Assembly (NCBI GenBank): GCA_026936335.1
Contig: JAPMXV010000068.1
Location: 186,001-250,000 of the forward strand
Length of the DNA stretch: 64,000 nucleotides
Origin: Mantamonas sphyraenae STR306
Taxonomy: Eukaryota; Protista; CRuMs
Direction of reading: 5' to 3'
A model generated the notes under the pieces. It searched no databases and was not told the DNA's origin. It saw only the letters and a program-made list of their open reading frames with translations. The position numbers were made by a program, and so were the translations under genes. Every line of letters starts with the position of its first letter. The stretch's first letter is position 1. Shown here one piece after another: positions 9,779 to 21,460 of the stretch.

Positions 9779-11662
9779 GCAGCCACAAACCCCAGTCGCT
9801 TCTCCACGTCAATGTCGTCACACACCATAACGACGCCATCCTCTGGCCCGTCATCCTTGAGCAATTCCAACACGTCGTCCACCATCAACTGGGTCTCTTT
9901 CACCTTCACCTTCATCCGTTTGTCCTTCCGAGTCTTCTTTCGCTTCCCGGCCTTCTTCTTCTTCGGCTTCTTTCTCCGTCTCCTGGACCTTTTCCTGCCC
10001 GGTCGCGACATCTCGACGTACACTTGCTCATGCAAACGGTTCAGGTGATGATCGGCCAGCGTTTGCACGTTGCCCGCGTCGTCGAGTACCAACACCTGCC
10101 CATCCGCACTCACAAGCAGCTGTACGACGTCTGTCTCTTGCACAATGACCTCCTTCAGCTCCTGCAGCTCCTCAAACGACACAGCAGACCCAAAATAGGC
10201 CCGGTCTTCCAGGTAGGAAGCAAACACACGTGCACGGGGTCCCAGTGGGAACAGCAACCGCCATAGACGGTCCAATTCCTCCGCTTTCTTGGCCCGGTCG
10301 GCCCGGGATTCCACACCTCTCACCTCCTCGGTGAGCAAGAGGTACCGCTGACCAGCTTTGAAATGGCTGGTGTACAACTCCCAGTCTTCCTCCGTGGCAT
10401 CTTCGACATGTTCACGCAGGAAAGCAAAGGTCCCGGGAGCCACAAGGCTCGCGTCCTCGAGCACCCCTTCAAAGAACGCTTTGCCGTCGTCCATCTCAAT
10501 CCGCCCACGTGTGGCAACACGTTTGGCCACGGGCCATGGAAATCCCAGCCACGTAAATGGAGCGTCCCCTCGGCGCCCCAGCAGCGCAGCCCTTGCTGCA
10601 AATTCCCGTGATTCACGCGCAGGAAGAGCGGCGAGCTTTCCTGTGTCGCTGGTAATGCCAATGGCGTTTGTGGACAGTGGTGCACAGCAGTAGAAGTCGC
10701 TGTCTCGTGTGACCAACAGAGTGGCCGTGTGACGATCTGCCTTGGCTGCCGCTACCGCGCACGTCTCGTCTGCAGACACGCCTTGCACGTGACACACTGT
10801 GACTCCACCCTGCTCCAGAACCTGGGCAAGCCGATCATACACCTCATCCTTTGTGAACGGCTGTCGGTTGGAGAGAGTGAGCGGAGTTGCCGCGCGTTTT
10901 CCAACGGCTAATGTTCACTTACACGTGTTCTCTCACCTCTGCTCACAGCAGAGGCGAATGAATTGACCGAATTCATCAAGTGAGAACGTCGCTTGCCATC
11001 CAGGGAGTCTTCGTGATTGAACAGGCTGCAATGGCTGTCAACGTGCGCAATGATCTCGATCTGCGCTCCAGTTTCTGCCAACGCCTCCTCCGCCAGAGTG
11101 GAGAGCCTCTGTACCCACCGTAGCAGGCGCTTGCATGCCTTGTTCACGCCTGTGACTGTCTGTTTTTTACCCTTGCTCCCAAAGAGATGGTATGCGTAGT
11201 CTGTTGGGTGACGGGGAGTAAGCAGGTGACGGTGTCGCGAAATGGAGCGGGTGAGAACCTACACTTGTGCCCGCAGTCGATACGAATTACCACCTTCTTG
11301 ATGCCACCATCCCTCTCGAGAGCAGCCATTTCGTACAAGCGAGTAACAGCGAGTTCGAATGTCATTTCCTCGTCGTCCTCGCCAATCAACGCCACACCGC
11401 CGCCACCACGCTGGTCCAACACCAAGTCCCGCACGCATGTCTTTGCTTGCAGATACCTCTTGCGCTTGTATGTGCGCTGGAACCCAGGCGGCACAGCAAA
11501 ATCCTCGTTCCGCATGAATGCAACACGCATGCTGTAGAAAGGTTTGCCGTGAAACAATTGTGCTTGATGACGGTCCCACGTAACGTCCACAACGCTGGCC
11601 ATCCCCCTGATGGATTTTGCAGCTGCATTCAACTTCTTCTTTACTCGTTTGCTTGGTTTCAT
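9730..11662 (-). CDS. XPG/FEN1-like PIN-fold 5' nuclease domain; exons 11662-11263, 11200-10923, 10860 onward (two 62-nt introns)
   Basis: Splicing GTAGGT..CAG (11262-11201) and GTAAGT..CAG (10922-10861) fuses three ORFs in frame: VIRIDCGHKYYAYHLF (XPG-N Asp), IIAHVDS...GKRR, and VSADETCAVAA...LVTRDSDFYC (XPG-I EAD/DSD-like motifs). There are basic NLS-like patches. Confidence 0.72.
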
Positions 11663-11759
11663 TGCTGGACTGAATTGGATCCGGCTGCGCACGAGCGACT
11701 CGGCCCCATCACCACCTGCATGATGAATCCACCTCTTTTCATCCATTCCATTCCCACAT

Positions 11760-12430
11760 CCTCTAATCCAGCCCCCCCAGCATCACCCTCCCTCCACATC
11801 CGCCTCCGCCCATCCCAATTCACTTCGCCTCCACAACCTCCTCTTACACAACGTCGTTCTCCTCCAGCCACGTCGCCAACCCCACCGCCCTTTTGTCTTC
11901 CATCCCGTTGATCCACAGCCCCACCACACGCAGACTCCTCTTCACTCCCAGCGCCATGCCCAGTGTCTGCGTCCCCCGTCGTCCCCGACACTGTCGTTCC
12001 CCACGTCCAGCTCCTCCAGCTCCCATTCACTTCCAGCCCCGTCATCTTAGATCTATATACGCCACAACACCAGCCGCACCATCGCTGCCGTTCTCCTGCA
12101 ACGCCTGCCCCAACACCGCCTCCTGCTCAACCCGAGCCACTTTCCCCCTCATGTCCTGTCTCTCCAGCCTGCTGTTCCTTGCCAGCCCTTCTGCCAATGC
12201 ACACCCCCCATCTGCCCGATCCTGTTCCTCCGCAGGCCCATCCCCGCAGCGTCGTGTTGCTCGGCAATGCCGCTACCTCCGTCCCCGACCTCGATGCAGC
12301 TCATTCTCAGCTTCACCACACACCCATCCCCCCCTCCAGCGCCTTGCACAGGCGGATGTCCTACGCATCGTCCACCCCGCAGCCCACCAGCATCGCCTCG
12401 CCGTCGTCGTCGCACACAAGCAGCTCCATG
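11760..12430 (-). pseudogene. Degenerate RNI-like LRR gene, head-to-head with ROCO copy 1
   Basis: Fragments LGMALGVKRSLRVVGLWINGMEDKRAVGLA and GLLRNRIG resemble the LRR gene at 55.2-56.7 kb. It carries stops and frameshifts. Confidence 0.6.
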
Positions 12431-12474
12431 GATTTGCCAGCGGGCGCGGTGCGCGTGGGCGGTCAAGAGAATAC

Positions 12475-15400
12475 ATGGACGTGGAAGGGGAACACAACGA
12501 GCAAGGACAGCAGATGGTGGTGGAGGTGGTAGAGGTGGAGGTGGAGGACGAGCAAGGGGGGGGAGCGGGGGAGGGGAGATCGACACAAGCGAGACGTCAC
12601 ACGCGGTCGAGGGAGAAGATGCTGGGATTGGGATCTGGTGGCTGATATGGAGCGATGGGATCTTTATAAAGACATAGTACGTTGCACGGGTCAGGGGGGT
12701 TGTGCATAGCCCAGGAACGGAGTGGTGATCACCAGCTGACACTTCTGCAATTCACGGTAAGCAGGGATGGGCGTGGAGTGAACTGGGGGAGAGGTACGCG
12801 CACCTGCGTCAATTGCTACTGCAAGAGAACTCCAATGATGAGAAAGTCAAGCAGGCACTGGGTAGGGCACTGCGTTGGCGGTACACGGAGCGCCCGCTCT
12901 TCCTGAACCTCCTGCGACTGCCAGCGGACCCAGAGAAGCGAGGGATGGTGCGCAGTCGGCTGTTGCATGTGTTGGAAACGATGCACACAAGCCATGTGGT
13001 TGGGTTCTACGGACCTGTGGTTCTGGAGGACATCACAGCGACGGCCGAGCTGCTACAGGCCAGCTCGACCATCACAAAGGTCGTCTTCGACTGCGTCTAC
13101 TTCGAAGAGGATGTACAGAGATCACAGCAAGCACTCGGTGACATGCTGGCTTCTGGGAAGGTCACAGTGGTCAAGATGACGATATCGTACGAGGATCCGC
13201 GGCCAGAGGAAGTACAGGAACGATCTGACGCAGTGTTACTGCAGGCCATTGGGCATGCTCTGGACAAAGCATGTCCCCTCAACTGTATCGACATCAATGC
13301 ACACATTTCACAGGATGCTGGGCGGTGTTTGGGCGAAGCGTTGGCCAGGAACACCACTGTGAAGGACATCCGGCTCACGCTGGATTCTGGAGATGTCTCT
13401 AATCTGTTGATGGGTGTTTCACAGTGCTCTGCAATCGAGACACTGCATTTGGACCTCGATGGAAATGTGGACGGTTTGGGCAGCTTGGACATGGGCAAAC
13501 TGTCTCTGAAGGAAGTGGACATCAATCTCCGTGGCGCAATCTTCGAAGCATTTGATGATGAATGGCTGACAAAGGGCTTCGGAGCTTCTTTGGAGAAACT
13601 GACGCTGCGCAACATCCGTCAGTTTAGCACAGCGGCTGTGGTCACGCAATGCGAGGAGAAGTGTTCCTCGTTGATGGAAATGAGCTTCACAGGCGTTGGC
13701 TTCCACGAAGACGATGCTACAGTACTTGCAGGGGCAATCCGTGCCATGGAAAGCCTTCAGCAGCTGGAATTCAGTGATACCGAGTTTGAAGACGCAGAGA
13801 TCATAGCACTTTCAGACGGGCTGACGGATTGCACGCAACTGCGTGTGCTGGACCTCCACAGGAACAGATTCGGCGCAGCTGGGTTGACAGCGCTTGTATC
13901 TGCCATTTGCAATCTCACCGGCCTGGAGGAGCTGAATGTGGCAGGCAACCGCATCGTGGATGTCCACGGCACGGGACTGGCAGAGCTTGCGCCGAACCTG
14001 CTGAAGCTGGATGTCCGCAACAACAAACTGGCTGTGGAGAGCGCCATCTCGTTGCTGGAAGCCATGACGAAGCAGGGGTGTCGAACCACTTTGTTGAACC
14101 TCACTAATCAGGAGTGGAACAAACCTGCATCGAAGAAGCTGGGAGACACCCTTGCAGAGATGCTTCCACAGATGTCATCATTGACAACGCTGGGGGTGGA
14201 TGCTGGCTCGCATGCCCTGGCAGAGTTGCTTCTCGAGAACCGGACCCAAATCTCGCTGCACGGGGCAAGCACCATTATCGAATGGGAGGGACTCTGTTCC
14301 AGTCTGTTCAGATGGGACCATGCCAGTCCGTTATCGGTGCCAGATGACATGTGGGAAGCAGACGAGTGGCTTTACTCACAACTCCATCCCTCCGACAGCG
14401 CCCTGACAGAGATCGAGTTCGATGGCCAGCGTCTATTCCGCGGCATGGACACTCTCAAGTTCACCTTTCGTTCAAGATGGCCCTTGCTCTGTATCTACGA
14501 GCTGTGCCCCGATGTTCCCTCGCTTGTGGTCGAGAAACGCCAGGAACAGCCAGCACTCCAAACTCTGTTTGGCTGCCAGCAGGTGTCCACTTTGCAATGG
14601 ACAATGTATGGCGAGGACATCCAACAGCCAGACACCCCGATGGCCAAGCTCGTCGCCTCCTGCGTGGGAGACAACCAACCATCGCGCCAGATCCTTCGCT
14701 TCCGCACCAGTGAGCAACTGAGCGCAGCACTCACACAGCTGCATGAGCAGCAGCCTGATCTGTGGGGGCTGAAACTCGTCCAGACAGAGCTGTGGCGCGC
14801 TGACCAGGTGACCGAGCTGCCAGACGCGATTGGCCTGTTCACATCCCTCGTGTGTCTCGATCTGGACCACACCCGTCTGCACAAGCTCCCTGGCGCGTTT
14901 GCAGAGCTGTCGCAACTGCAAGTGCTCATCCGCCCCCGGGTAGTGGATGGGTTTGTCAACGTGCCACGGTTTGTGAGTGACCAAGGGGCGCAAGAAGTGG
15001 TGCAGTACATGTCACAGGCGCTTGCGTCTTCATGGCCGCATGCCAACTGGATGGTGGTTGGCCATGGCGGGAGTGGCAAGACGACGCTGCTGAAGAGCAT
15101 GCGGGGCATGGCGAGTGGAGGTGAGCGCACCGCAGAGGATGGGCGCACGGAGCCAGCCACACATGGGATGGAGGTGAGTGTGCTGGACGTGGATGGGGTT
15201 GGCGAGGTGCGCATCAGCGACTACGGCGGCCAGATGGAGTACTACGTGATGCACCAGAACATGATGATGGGCCAGAGCGGCGTGTATGTGATTGTGGCGT
15301 CGGCAGCACAGCTTGTGGAAGGCAGCAAGCACAAGTACGAGGCAAAGCGGGCAGTGGACTGGCAGGGCGAGATGGCGTACTGGGCTGATGTGATTGCGTC

Positions 15401-18146
15401 GAAAGTGGGCCAGGAACGGCTGCTGGAGGAGGAAAAGCCACGGGTGGTGCTGGTACTGACCCATGTGGACACACTGGGGAAGGGTGGACGCACGTTGGTC
15501 GAAAGCCAGCTGAAGGCAGCCATGAAGATGATCTTGCGGGAACAAGGACAGGCACTGCGTGTTCTGAAGGCGTTTAGAGTGAATGCACTAAAGCCGAAGC
15601 GCACACGGTCCGTGTTTGACAAGCTGGTGGAGATCAGCACGGAGGTGGTGAATCGGCAGGTACCCGAAGCGCAGGGGAGACTGCTGGAGGAGATCCGCGC
15701 ACTCAAGACAGCGATGGGTGGGCAGCTACGGGAACAGCCATGGATGGAGTATGGAGAGTTGAGGAGGATGATGGAGGAGAGGCAGGACGAGGAGTTGCTG
15801 GGGCTGTTGAGTGGGCCAGGGGACAGCTGGTGGTTCTTTGACGTGGCGCTGGAGGCACTGCACCACCTGCAGGAAGTGACATGGCACAGAGAGGGGGCAG
15901 TGGACATTGTGATACTGGAACCGAAGTGGCTGGTGGGCGTGGCTGGTGGGTTCATGTGGAGTGGGGACGCGAGTGATCTGGTGCCCACTCAGGCGACGAT
16001 TACGCTGCGGGCACCTATCGAGGAGGTGGATGATGGAGAGGACGATGCATTCTCTGTTGGGAGTTGTGAGTCCGAGGATGACGACGATGACGACGATGAG
16101 ATTGACGAGGAGACCACCAGGGCCATGACCGTAGCTGGGTTGCTGCGTCTCGTGATGGGGTGTCTGAAGGAGGAGCAGGAGAAAGAAGGGTGTGTGAGCA
16201 TGGAGAGCGCGTGTTGGCACGCTGTGTTTGTGCACAAGGTGGAGAGTGCGCTCATCGGAGCAAGCGAGCACGAGGAACTGGACCTGCGGAGGAATCTGGA
16301 GGATGCGCTCGCACAGCGCAAGGACGGGGAAGACCACAAGAAGGTGGTAGATCGACTGTTGGGGGCACTGGGGGTGGTCGTGGAGGATGAGAAGGATGAT
16401 CTGATGGAAACGGGCCGGATGCTGGTGCAGCTGCTGCAGGACATGGATCTGTGCTTCCCTGACGAGGAGTGGATGACACCAGAGGGGACATGCAAGGAGA
16501 CAGGCGATGGAAAGGTGGATCTTGATCTCACAGTCAAGGCACCACGGCTGGTGTTTCCGATCATGCTGGACAACAAAGAGTTCAACCAGGAGCGGGTTGA
16601 CGAGCTAATGGGAGGCAGGAATCGGCGCATTGGGCGACGGTACACGTGGGGAGGAGACATGAGGGAATGCCAGCGGGGGAAGCGATTGCCAGCTGGGCTG
16701 TTCCATCGTGTGCAAGTGCGCATGCGGCAGGCCTTCTGCGGATTTGCGCGTGATGGCGCACAGCACCACCGTGAATGGTGCTGGATGCAACCACTTGTGG
16801 CAATGGATGATGGCAAAGAGTATCTGCCGATGGTGCTGCTGCATCATCGTGGACTGAGTGGCGTGCTGGATGTGGTCGTGGCTGTGAACCACGAGCGCGA
16901 AGACCAGAAACGGATGGGAGAAGTGATGGGTGTGATCGACAAGCACATCCGATCACTGCTGGGCTTCCAAGAGGAGAACGAGAGGGATGTGCGACTTCGA
17001 TCACTCCCGGGCTTCCGACGTCACAAACGACGTCACACAGCAGAGGTGCGACACCGGGAGGCGGCGTTTGCAGGCATGAGAGACGAGTGGACAAGCTGGC
17101 CACTGTGTCCAGAGTGTCTGGAGAGCGACCGCATGACCGCACTGTTGCAGACAGAGACTTGGACGGAACTGGAGGAAATGTCCGGCGTGGCTCATGTGCT
17201 TGAAGATTCCTTTGGCACTTGGGACGACATGCTGGCTGCATATCGAAACGCACCAGCCATCCGCTGCGACCAAGGACTCGCTCTCAGTGTAAAGCTCGTA
17301 CAGTGTGGTCTTCCATCAAGCGCTTCGACTCTGGCGCAGATGATGGAGGACGGCCGCAGGCGACACAGTGAGCTCGTGGGGCTGCTGCATGATATTCGGA
17401 AGAAGCAGGACAGCGCAGCCATGAAACAAGCACTGGAGACCACCAACAGCAGCCGAAATGACACCAGTGATGCAAAGAAGATGCAGGTGCTGATGCTCGG
17501 ATGTGCCGAGTTTGCCCATGGGAAGCTGGAGACCATCGACGAGTTTGAACGGGTCATGCACCAGCTGGGCCAAGACAGCAAACTGCAACTGCACACCGAG
17601 TCACGCCTGAACATGAGTGTTAACCACGTACAGGGCACCCTGGAGGTCGTGCGTGCAGATGTCGTCCATGTGATGACACATGGCACAGAACGTGGACTCC
17701 TGGCCAAGGATGGACGCGTCGTCACACACGCACTCCTCATGCAGCTCACACAGCGCACACGCCCCAGTGCCCTCTGTGTGCTCAATGCATGTCGCACCGC
17801 GTCCCTGGCAAGCGACCTGGTCGCCGAGGGACACTTTCTCGCAGCCATCGGCTACCTTGGCAAGGTGGACGATCGTGAAGCCATTGCGTTTGCAGAGAAG
17901 CTATACACACTACTCGGCAACGGAAAGGAGAGATCACTGGGCAACTGCTTCACACTGGCCAGCGCGGTCATCAAAAGCACCCAGGTGCGCCTCTTCACCT
18001 CCTCCGCGAAGCTGGCGGACAAACAACTCACCGACCTCCGCAACAGACAGATCTACACCCCGCAACGATGCCACGTGCACGTCACCCAAGGCACCGAACC
18101 CCGCATCATGGCCACCCGCTTCACCACCGTCACTTTCCTCAAGTAA
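12475..18146 (+). CDS. LRR-Roc-COR-CHAT (ROCO GTPase with caspase-like protease), copy 1; exon 1 12475-12676 (2 nt short), exon 2 12765-18146
   Basis: RNI-like LRRs; Roc G1 GHGGSGKTTL, G3 DYGGQ, G4 LTHVD; COR-like region (ILEPKWL, LVFPIML, LPAGLFHRVQVR); CHAT His (VVHVMTHG) and Cys (VLNACRT). Confidence 0.85.
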
Positions 18147-18149
18147 ACC

Positions 18150-18375
18150 TTCCTACCACCTCATCCAGCATCCCCTCATTCCCCTCCAACCCCGCCGCCA
18201 ACCCCACCGCCCCTTGTCTTCGATCCCCTTGGTCGACAGCCCCACCACACGCAGACTCCTGTTCACCTCCCAGCGCCTCCACCCCGTGGTCTCCGATCTC
18301 GTCCCCCCACAACACCAGCCGCACCACCGCCCTGTACACACCAGCCACCATGACCCTCCCCTCCACCCTCACCTG
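18150..18375 (-). pseudogene. LRR gene fragment
   Basis: WGDEIGDHGVEAL / VNRSLRVVGLSTKGIEDKG fragments in shifted frames; also present at 37.48-37.70 kb. Confidence 0.5.
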
Positions 18376-18431
18376 TGGTCGCCGTCTACCACAGGCCGGC
18401 CTGTTTTCGTCATCTCCCAACGTTGACAAGA

Positions 18432-19539
18432 ATGACTACGAGCGTGTCCACCTGCACATCTCCGACGTCTCCCAACGAACACGAGCGCGCTTCGTGGCCC
18501 GAGGCCGCGTTCGCATTCGGCCAGGCCGTCGCTAGCGTAAGTCGCACGGGAAGGAACACTCCACCGATCGCCGAAGGACACGAGCAGCCGGCAGAGCGTG
18601 CAGTGGAGCCAGGGTGCAGCAGATGGACCCCCCCACACGCTCCATGCGTGCACAGGAAGCCACAAGACGCCCTTCCCCTGGATCGGAATCCGTGGAAAAC
18701 CCTCTTCCTGCTGCCGGATTATTGCGCTGGGAGCACACATTGGCATGTCCACTCACACACAACCGCGGGCAACACAGGCTGGTGCGTCCTCCTCGTCTGC
18801 CAACGACGACGAGGATGACGACGAAGACGACGATGACGACGACTTTGACGTCTTTGGCGAGGACGAGGACGCCGCCGCGGCCCTCGAGGCGGAGAAGAAG
18901 GACAAGAAGAAGCCCAAGGCCCCTGTGATTGGCAAGTCTTCGGGTAAGTGGAGATGGAGAGAGGAGGTGAGAGAGGGCGTGCGAGGGCGTGCATGGTTTG
19001 CATGGGATGCATGTGGCCTGGGCTGAGGTAGAGCAAGGGGTGTTTGTGATGCATGCAGATTTTGTGCGGTGGATTTTCTGCCCGCAATGGCCCGGATTCC
19101 CCCGCCCGGCCGAATGACCCCTGAAACTCCGCCAAAATGCGATTTGGGACATCGACCAAAAAAACAGAGCCAGCGCAGCTGGCAGTGTGCATGCTCATGT
19201 CCACGCATTTGGCCATACAACGCTCACACCAATCCTCGCCCCCGCCACTCCCCCGTTCCCCCCCACCCCCCTTTCACCACAGTCATCTTCTTTGTCAAGC
19301 CGTGGGATGACACCACCGACATGAAGGCCATGGAGGCCGGCGTGCGCGCCATCACCATGGACGGATTGACCTGGTCCGAGAAATCCGAGCTCGTCGGAAT
19401 CGGCTACGGCATTTCCAAGCTCCAGATCGGCTGTACCGTCGTAGATGACCTTGTTTCCGTTGATGATCTTGAAGATGCGATCCGCGAGCTTGAGGATTAC
19501 GTGCAGAGCGTTGACATTGCGTCCTTTAACAAGCTTTGA
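18432..19539 (+). CDS. N-terminally truncated EF1-beta paralog (~175 aa; GEF domain intact, new first codons)
   Basis: The ATG at 18432 gives MTTSVSTCTSPTSPNEHERASWPEAAFAFGQAVAS in frame to the donor at 18537. Exons 2 and 3 are intact and encode the same protein sequence as copy 1. Confidence 0.65.
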
Positions 19540-20009
19540 GTGGTAGGGGGGAACCTATGATCAAAAGTTCAACACTGGCAAGAGCCCCGAACCAGCCAAT
19601 GAACACCCTCTGCTTCAACGCGGTCACTTCAACCACCTCTCTCTCTCTCTCTCTCTCTCTCCTCTCTGTCATTCTCCCGTTTCGAGACCGTCCGCGGGCT
19701 CATCGCTCACCTTGGATTTTTCTGCGTCCATCCCAAACGCCCCTTCCATCGTTCTCACACCTCACCTTGGCCGTCCCTCCCACACACACAATCCACTCCC
19801 CTATTCCATGTACCCGTTCCCTCTTCACCTGCACTTCCGCCCGAGATCCCGGCCCAAGACCACTCCGTACCAGCTCTCCTGCCTTTGCTTCTTCCTTCCT
19901 TCCCCCTCGCCATCTCCCTTCCGAGGGTGTGACCTCTACTTCCCTGTGACGGGTATCATCCCAACGGCGTCGGGTGGCATTTTGCACGGTTCCCCGGGCG
20001 TGGCCCCTC

Positions 20010-20825
20010 GATCACAACCACCACCCAGACTATCTGCATCCCTGCACCAGCACCCATGGCTACTGGAATCACATCAGCCATCGACACCTTCCCCTCCACC
20101 CTCACCTCCGGTGTCTCCCAAACTGACCCCGTGCCGCACTCCTGCAGCCCCCAAAACCGTTCTGTAACCGAGGTGCTTCAGCCACAACCACCACTCAAAC
20201 CATCTCCATCCCTGCACCAGCACCCGTGGCTACTGGAATCACATCAGCCATCGACACCTCCCCCTCCACCCTCACCTCCGGTGTCTTCCACACTGACCCC
20301 GTGCCGCACTCCTGCAGCCCCAAAACCGTTCTGTAACCGAGGTGCTTCAACCACAACCACCACCCAGACCATCTCCAATCCCTCACCGGCACCCATGGCT
20401 ACTGGAATCACACCAGCAACCGTGGCCTCCCCCTCCACCCTCAACTCCGGTGTCTCCCAAACTGACCCCGTGCCGCACCCCTGCAGCCCCAAAACCGTTC
20501 TGTAACCGAGGTGCTTCAATCACAACCACCACCCAGACTATCTGCATCCCCTCACCGGCATCCGTGGCTACTGGAATCACATCAGCCATCGACACCTCCC
20601 CCTCCACCCTCACCTCCGGTGTCTTCCACACTGACCCCGTGCCGCACTCCTGCAGCCCCAAAACCGTTCTGTAACCGAGGTGCTTCAGCCACAACCACCA
20701 CCCAAACCATCTCCATCCCTGCACCAGCACCCGTGGCTACTGGAATCACACCAGCCATCGTGGCCTTCCCCTCCACCCTCACCTCCGGTGTCTCCCAAAC
20801 TGACCCCGTGCCGCACTCCTGCACA
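20010..20825. repeat. ~168-bp tandem repeat, ~5 copies
   Basis: aaaccgttctgtaaccgaggtgcttc recurs at ~20155, 20324, 20492 and 20661. Confidence 0.9.
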
Positions 20826-20989
20826 GACCCACCCGTGTTCTCACAATCGGTTCCTCAATCACATGTTAACACCACCTCTTCATCTCACGACTGCTCTCGC
20901 AGGCGCAGCATACATCTTGATCTCAACATCATCATTCAATCTCAGTCATCTCCCGCCTCCCAACCCCCCTTCCATCCCACCGCCCACAC

Positions 20990-21460
20990 ACATGCAACCA
21001 CGACACGTGACCTCTACGATGGGTACCGAGTCCACCCTGCGCAAGCGCATTGACTCGGAGGCCGACCTGAACGGCGACAGCGGCGCCGTTGAACAAAGGG
21101 CGCAAACGGCACGGCGGCTGCTCCGCCCAACCGCGGCGTCCACAACCCCAACAGCAGAGAATGATGTTGCTTTGGGGTGAGAGAGCTCACTGTATGTCTC
21201 CAGTGACCCATGCGTAGCGACGGGACCGCACACTGACGCCGTCAACAGTGAACCGCCGCAGCCGCACGCGAACCCGGCTGACACAGCGCGTAAAGACGCA
21301 AATGACGAACGACTCGGGATGAGTGACCGTTCCTTGCTGGAACAGATCCCTGTCGAGGCGTGGGCGCGCGTTGCCGCGTTCTTGGACGAGGAAACTGGTG
21401 GCAAGTTCTTTTCGTCCTCCGCGCACCTGCGGCGCAGTCGTTGGTCCTCTCTGCCCCGAA
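20990..21460 (+). pseudogene. Degenerate paralog of the F-box-like gene at 1-1270
   Basis: GTESTLRKRIDSEADLNGDSGAV and MSDRSLLEQIPVEAWARVAAFLD; it has a stop and is truncated. Confidence 0.65.

Larger units (their letters stand above)
3371..11750 (-). mobile_element. Possible Fanzor-carrying element or domesticated Fanzor locus
   Basis: The block is absent from the paralogous EF1B-downstream regions (~20.95 kb and ~39.94 kb). I found no transposase, terminal inverted repeat or target-site duplication. Confidence 0.35.

Noticed and set aside
9780-9800. Programmed -1 ribosomal frameshift at CTG GGG TTT
   Set aside because: It does not match the X XXY YYZ slippery pattern in the zero frame.
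11660-11800. Terminal inverted repeat or target-site duplication for the Fanzor element
   Set aside because: No match to the array end was found; the sequence grades into the LRR remnant.
12813-12815. TTG/GTG starts of the ROCO ORFs, as a sign of prokaryotic genes
   Set aside because: An upstream ATG exon with a GTACGT..CAG intron splices in frame in copies 2-4.
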